From contig CAWETW010000003.1 of NCBI GenBank assembly GCA_963812155.1, forward strand, positions 1,184,001-1,248,000: a DNA stretch of 64,000 nucleotides, written 5' to 3'. The notes below the pieces were generated by a model. It worked only from the letters and a program-made list of their open reading frames with translations, did no database searches and was not told where the DNA came from. The translations under genes were made by a program, and so were the position numbers. Positions 59,615-64,000 of this stretch are shown here, piece by piece. The stretch comes from Vulcanimicrobiota bacterium. GTDB lineage: Bacteria > Vulcanimicrobiota > Vulcanimicrobiia > Vulcanimicrobiales > Vulcanimicrobiaceae. Each line of letters opens with the position of its first letter. Positions within the stretch are counted from its first letter, which is position 1.

Positions 59615-59997
59615 GCATAAGCACCCGCTTCGATCGCGTCAAGGGCCTCGATCAACGGCGCCGAGCCGCGTTGCGCGAGGACGTCGATCGGTCGCGCCTG
59701 GTTGAGAAACGGCTCGTGTCCGACAAGCCAATCCGTTACGACTTCGGCCGGAAAGACGAGCAGAGCCCGCGCCAGGACGCCGTGCAGATCGAGAATGCGG
59801 CGCGTCATCTTCGCGCTGATCTTCCCGCCGCGCTTCCACCGCGTGACCATCGCAGCATCAACGTCGAGTAGGCGCGCGACGGGATTGTGACCGTATGCTG
59901 CGATCATTTGCAGCAAAAGCGGATGAAGGTCCGTGAGTGCCTGCGGATTATTTGGCGCAACAAAGGGATCGATCGTAGGACTCCAGCGCGCATCCAT
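59611..59997 (-). CDS. Xre/MbcA/ParS-type antitoxin
   Basis: HTH VARLLDV..VTRWKRG, WLVGHEPFLNQARPIDVL and C-terminal GAYA. Confidence 0.85.
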   Translation of the reverse strand: MDARWSPTIDPFVAPNNPQALTDLHPLLLQMIAAYGHNPVARLLDVDAAMVTRWKRGGKISAKMTRRILDLHGVLARALLVFPAEVVTDWLVGHEPFLNQARPIDVLAQRGSAPLIEALDAIEAGAYA

Positions 59998-60003
59998 ACG
60001 CTA

Positions 60004-60047
60004 AGCATAAATCGCCCGCGCCGGCGACGTCAACGGTTTTTGTTGAC
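60004..60047 (-). promoter_or_regulatory. Sigma70 promoter (probably leaderless) and operator of xre-RES
   Basis: Minus strand reads TTGACG-18nt-TATGCT-6nt-ATG. Inverted repeat GTCAAC-N7-GTTGAC (60029-60047) covers the -35. Confidence 0.6.
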
Positions 60048-60049
60048 TA

Positions 60050-61096
60050 CTAAGTCTTCGGAAGCGTCGGGGTAGCGTAGCCGATCGCTTCCAGCACGCG
60101 TTGCGTTGCGAGCGCCTCTTCAAACGTAGGAAGCGCGTTAGGCCGTCCTTCGATGGCGTCAACGAATTCGTCGTACAACTCCATCAGGAGCGGCACGTTT
60201 CCGTTGATCGAGCCGAAGCGCGCGTACGGCGAGGGCTTGCATTCCAGTTCGCTCGTCTCTTCCGGGTCGATCGAGAAGAGGGTCAACTCCACGATATTGG
60301 GTCCGCTGGCGACGGCAGTACGGTCTTCGCCGTGCACTGCACATGTGTACCCTTCCGCTGACGTTGTACCGTCGACGGTCAACCGGCCGACGAACCCGTC
60401 GCCGTATTCGAGCAACGCGAATGCGCCGTCGTCCACCGTGGAAACGAACTCGCCGGCGTCGTCGCGGCGCCGGTGGTTGGCGGCGCGCGTGAATCCGACT
60501 GCGCGTTGCGGGGCACGGCCGGCGAGCCAATCGGCGTGATCGACGATGTGCGACATCATCGCGCCGGCCAAGCCGCCTCCGCGCTCGCGCTCGAACCACC
60601 AACCCCGGCGGCGCGTCTCGTGGCGGTGAAGCATGCGCCGCAAAAGGCTAATCTCGATGTTCCGGAGCGGATCGAGATGATGGTTGTCGACGAGTTCCTT
60701 GAGCGCGCGCGCCTGCGGGGTGAATCGAAACTCGTGCACGATCCCGCAGGCCGTTCCCGCGTGGGCCGCGGCCTCGACCATGCGCTCCGCCGACTCGACG
60801 TTGAGGGCGAAGGGTTTTTCGCAGAGGACGTGTTTTTCGCGTTCGAGCGATGCGAGGACGTCGTGCACGTGCGAGAACGGCGGCGATGCCACCAGGACGG
60901 CGTCGAGCTCGCAGCCGGCGAGCATTTCGTCGCACGAACGAAATGCGTGCGGAATCGTCCCCTCGGCGGCGTGCCGCGCGGCGCTCGACGGCGATGCCAG
61001 CGCGACGACGTCGAAGCGCGGATGGGCCCGCAGCGCCGGCAGATGCGAACTGACGCCGAACCCTGCGCCGACGATACCCACGCGAATCGGATCCAT
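60050..61096 (-). CDS. Gfo/Idh/MocA oxidoreductase
   Basis: VGIVGAGFG, HVLCEKP, HEFRF and GGG..SHIVD motifs. Confidence 0.9.
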   Translation of the reverse strand: MDPIRVGIVGAGFGVSSHLPALRAHPRFDVVALASPSSAARHAAEGTIPHAFRSCDEMLAGCELDAVLVASPPFSHVHDVLASLEREKHVLCEKPFALNVESAERMVEAAAHAGTACGIVHEFRFTPQARALKELVDNHHLDPLRNIEISLLRRMLHRHETRRRGWWFERERGGGLAGAMMSHIVDHADWLAGRAPQRAVGFTRAANHRRRDDAGEFVSTVDDGAFALLEYGDGFVGRLTVDGTTSAEGYTCAVHGEDRTAVASGPNIVELTLFSIDPEETSELECKPSPYARFGSINGNVPLLMELYDEFVDAIEGRPNALPTFEEALATQRVLEAIGYATPTLPKT

Positions 61097-61105
61097 CGTC
61101 CGCTC

Positions 61106-62404
61106 CTACTCGGCCGCGCCGGCCGCGGCCTCCAGGAGATCCAGTCCGCGCGACAGCTGCGTTTGCGTGATGACGAGCGGAGGCGAGATCGAAATGGCGT
61201 CCCCGCGCGTGCCCGATTGCAACAGAATGAGACCGCGCTGCAACGCGCCTCTGACCACGCCTTGCGCGGTTGCAGCGTCGCGAAACTGCACGGCCCATAG
61301 GAGCCCGCGCCCGCGCACTTCGCGGACGAGGCGCCGCGAACGAACGTCTTCCAGGCGCGTGCGAAGGTACGGCTCGAAGGCGGCGGCTCGCGCGACGAGA
61401 TCGAGCCGCTCGATCTCCTCGATGGTCGCGAGCGCGGCTGCGCAGCCCATCGGGTTGCCGAGATACGTCGACGTATGCAGGGCTTCGCCGCGCGATACGG
61501 GCCACGCATCCATGATCGTTGCGCGCGCTATCGTCGCGCTGATCGGGAAGCCGGATCCCATGGCTTTTCCGATGCAGAGAATATCCGGCATTACCGCCTC
61601 GCGCTGCACGGCAAACCACGTGCCGGTCCGGCCGAAGCCGGTGAAGATTTCGTCGGCGATCAGCAGCGCGCCGATCTCGTCGCACAGCGCGCGCAGCGCG
61701 CGCAGGTATCCGTCGGGGGGGACGACGGCGCCGCCGCGCCCTTGAATCGGCTCGACGATGACGGCGGCGACGTCCCCAGCCGCGTGCAGCGAGGCGCGCG
61801 TATCCGCGATCGCCTCGCCGGCCGTGATGCCGCTTGCCGCATCCGGATAGTTTAACGGCACTGCCTCGGGGCCGAGCGCCCGAGCGAACGGACCCCGGAA
61901 CGTCTCGATTCCGCACAGCGGCAGCGTGCCGAGCGAAAGTCCGTGATACGCGCCGCGATACGCGGCAAAGCGCGCGCGGCCCGTCGCGAGCATCGCGGTC
62001 TTGAGGGCCGCTTCGACGGCTTCGGACCCCGTGGTAGCGAGAAATATTTTCCACGCAGCGCCGGGAAGCAACGCCGCAAGCCGTTCGAGCAGGCGCGCGC
62101 GCATTGCGGTTGGATGCACGTCGCCCATGCCGTGCGTCAGGCGTGCGGCTTGTTCGGCGATGGCCGCGGCAACGCGGCGATTCGCATGCCCCGCGTTGGC
62201 GACGCCAAACGCCGCGGTAAAATCGAGATACCGGTTTCCATCCACGTCGGTGACCGTCGCGCCCTCGGCGCAGTCCCAGAAAACCGGAAAGTCGTCGAAG
62301 AACGCGGTAACGTTCTGCGATTCGAATTGCCGCAGCAGGGCTCGATAGCGGTGCGATGCCGGACCGGGAACGGCGCCCGTCATGCAATCGAGATCGTCGC
62401 TCAC
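61106..62404 (-). CDS. Class III PLP aminotransferase
   Basis: DVDGNRYLD, GSEAVE, YHG, EPIQGRGG, DEIFTGFGRTG, GKAMG and STYLGNP; GTG overlaps the upstream TGA. Confidence 0.92.
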   Translation of the reverse strand: MSDDLDCMTGAVPGPASHRYRALLRQFESQNVTAFFDDFPVFWDCAEGATVTDVDGNRYLDFTAAFGVANAGHANRRVAAAIAEQAARLTHGMGDVHPTAMRARLLERLAALLPGAAWKIFLATTGSEAVEAALKTAMLATGRARFAAYRGAYHGLSLGTLPLCGIETFRGPFARALGPEAVPLNYPDAASGITAGEAIADTRASLHAAGDVAAVIVEPIQGRGGAVVPPDGYLRALRALCDEIGALLIADEIFTGFGRTGTWFAVQREAVMPDILCIGKAMGSGFPISATIARATIMDAWPVSRGEALHTSTYLGNPMGCAAALATIEEIERLDLVARAAAFEPYLRTRLEDVRSRRLVREVRGRGLLWAVQFRDAATAQGVVRGALQRGLILLQSGTRGDAISISPPLVITQTQLSRGLDLLEAAAGAAE

Positions 62405-63651
62405 GTTTCGTCGCCGATCCAACGCACGAACTCGGCGATGCGCGGCCGCCCCCCGTGATATCCACGCAGCGGCGGCGATTGCAGCGCGCCGAACGCGGCG
62501 ATGCGCAACGCACCCAACGCGCGTGCGGTCGCCGCGGCGCCATCCTGGAGACCGGCGGCGGCGAGCGCTTCGATCGGAATGCGATGCCGCGCGACGTAGT
62601 GCGCAGCATCGGCGGGTGCGTCCACGCTGAAAACCGCGAGTGCCCGTGGCAGAAACGGCGGCGAATCGTCGCGCGGCTGGTCGAGCACGATGAGATGCGC
62701 CGCGTCCGGTCGGGAAAAGACCGCTCCGCACGCACCGCTTGCGCGGAACGCCGCGGCATCGCGCGCGGCGGCTACCGGCGCCAAGCGCCCTGCATCGAAT
62801 GCGCCCGGCGGAAACTCCACGCTCGCGTGCTCGGTTGCATGTGCGAGCATCCTGCAGAACTCTTCCGGCGACACGCCGCCGCCTCGTTCGACGAAGAGCA
62901 CGCGCAGCGAAAGGCAGCCTTCGGTGTCGTAGAGCACGAGGTCGCGCGCGGCGCCTTCGGCGATGCGCGCGGCGTTCGCGGCAGTGTCGAGTGCGTCGCG
63001 TCCGACGTAGCCGCAGCTCGCCTTCGAACCGTAGCCGATCCAGCGCGCCGCAGCAGCCAGATCCGCGCGAATACGCTGCAGCGTTGCGTCGTCGCCGAAC
63101 GCTACGACCGCGGCGAACTCGTCGAGACGGCGGCGGTCGCGTTCTCCGTCCCACGTCAACGTCGCGGCCGCCGTTGCAAACTCCTCGAGTTCCTCGGTCA
63201 GCGTTTTGAAGAATGCTGCAACCAGCGCGTCGTCGCGGTCCTTGACGAGCACGTCGCATTTCGCGCACAGTGCGAAGATCGCCGGGACGATGGCGACGCC
63301 GACTGTCGTGCGGCTCGACAGGATGCAGACGCGCCCGACCGGCAGCGCGCGCGAACGCAGTCGTCCGGGCGCGTCGACGAAACCGTCGAGCGCCTCGAGC
63401 GATCCCAATTCGTTTCGAATGACGTCTTCGATTGCATCGCGCGTCACTGCGGAAAAGAGACGATCGAGGGCATACTCGACGACGGGCGTGGAATAGCCGG
63501 TGCGCTCGCACGCTGCGGCGATGACGCGAACGCGCGGCGGGAAGTCGGCGTCGATCCAGCGTTCGGCGGCGTCGCCGATGGCGCGGACGATCGAACGAAC
63601 CGGGCGCTCGATGAGTGAGCCTGCGAAGAAATCCATGTAGCGGTCGTGCAT
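62401..63651 (-). CDS. LuxC-like acyl-CoA/acyl-protein reductase
   Basis: PVGRVCIL, VLVK, VVAFGDDATL, YGSKAS and YDTEGCLS (catalytic Cys). Confidence 0.78.
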   Translation of the reverse strand: MHDRYMDFFAGSLIERPVRSIVRAIGDAAERWIDADFPPRVRVIAAACERTGYSTPVVEYALDRLFSAVTRDAIEDVIRNELGSLEALDGFVDAPGRLRSRALPVGRVCILSSRTTVGVAIVPAIFALCAKCDVLVKDRDDALVAAFFKTLTEELEEFATAAATLTWDGERDRRRLDEFAAVVAFGDDATLQRIRADLAAAARWIGYGSKASCGYVGRDALDTAANAARIAEGAARDLVLYDTEGCLSLRVLFVERGGGVSPEEFCRMLAHATEHASVEFPPGAFDAGRLAPVAAARDAAAFRASGACGAVFSRPDAAHLIVLDQPRDDSPPFLPRALAVFSVDAPADAAHYVARHRIPIEALAAAGLQDGAAATARALGALRIAAFGALQSPPLRGYHGGRPRIAEFVRWIGDET

Positions 63652-63712
63652 CTTCGAGCGGGAAGCGCGAAACTCCCGAGGTCCTCGAGCCGCGAGCGGC
63701 TAAAGGCGCGGC

Positions 63713-64000
63713 ATGCCCTGGTTGCCTCGCGCATTTTTTCTGCTCGTCGCGACGGTCGCGATCGCCGGCGCCGGCTGCACGAGATACGGCAAGCCGACGC
63801 CGGTGCCACCGACGATTCCACCCCTCACGGTGCTTATCGTTAATCCCGTCAGCGGGAGCGACACGACCGGTAACGGCACGAGCGAGAAGCCATACAAGAC
63901 GCTGACGAAAGCGCTCGCCGTCGTGAAAAACTCGACGACGCCGGGACTGACGATTCAACTCGCCGCGGGACAGTACTCGGCGGCGAGCGGGGAAACGTTC
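63713..64000 (+). CDS. DUF1565-like lipoprotein (3' partial, absent from the ORF track)
   Basis: MPWLPRAFFLLVATVAIAGAGC..VNPVSGSDTTGNGTSEKPYKTLTKAL..IQLAAGQYSAASGETF. Confidence 0.72.
   Translation, partial: MPWLPRAFFLLVATVAIAGAGCTRYGKPTPVPPTIPPLTVLIVNPVSGSDTTGNGTSEKPYKTLTKALAVVKNSTTPGLTIQLAAGQYSAASGETF

Noticed and set aside
62401..63651. Bioluminescence operon
   Set aside because: No luxA, luxB, luxD or luxE in the window.
61106..63958. Apparent 950-aa aminotransferase fusion
   Set aside because: The N-terminal half is an off-frame read of the LuxC-like gene; the real start is about 62404.
1..64000. tRNA, rRNA, riboswitches, integrase, transposase, prophage
   Set aside because: None recognisable by eye and intergenic gaps are short; tRNAscan/Infernal would be needed to exclude them formally.

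Overview
A high-GC, gene-dense bacterial chromosome segment that is mostly housekeeping. It holds rsmD-coaD, fatty-acid/CoA genes, phoU, a molybdopterin/queG cluster, cysC-sat, the rpsB-tsf-pyrH-frr-uppS-cdsA-dxr-rseP-ispG block, proS, an M16 peptidase, amj, GT-C/GtrA envelope genes, glpX and nitrilase-nadE-cinA. Two type II toxin-antitoxin modules (AbrB-VapC, Xre-RES) and several orphan secreted or lipoproteins are interspersed. Diderm hallmarks (TonB-dependent receptor, TonB_C domain, MsbA-like ABC) combined with Terrabacteria-like gene order suggest Candidatus Eremiobacterota/Vulcanimicrobiota; this is inference, not verified. No rRNA, tRNA, CRISPR array, transposase or prophage was seen. 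About 14 frameshifts, mostly at 33.4-37.2 kb, look like assembly errors. The best candidate for a new system is a His-rich multi-pass membrane ORF (39749-40399) ending in an RGPP ribosome-arrest-like motif. Its last codons base-pair with the Shine-Dalgarno of the downstream TonB-dependent receptor, which suggests a stall-controlled, possibly metal-sensing uptake switch. Other highlights are an anti-sigma factor fused to a TonB C-terminal domain, a photolyase homologue lacking the repair residues, a csrA missed by the ORF track, a LuxC-aminotransferase operon without luxE, a DUF2249-Crp fusion and a REP-like repeat.
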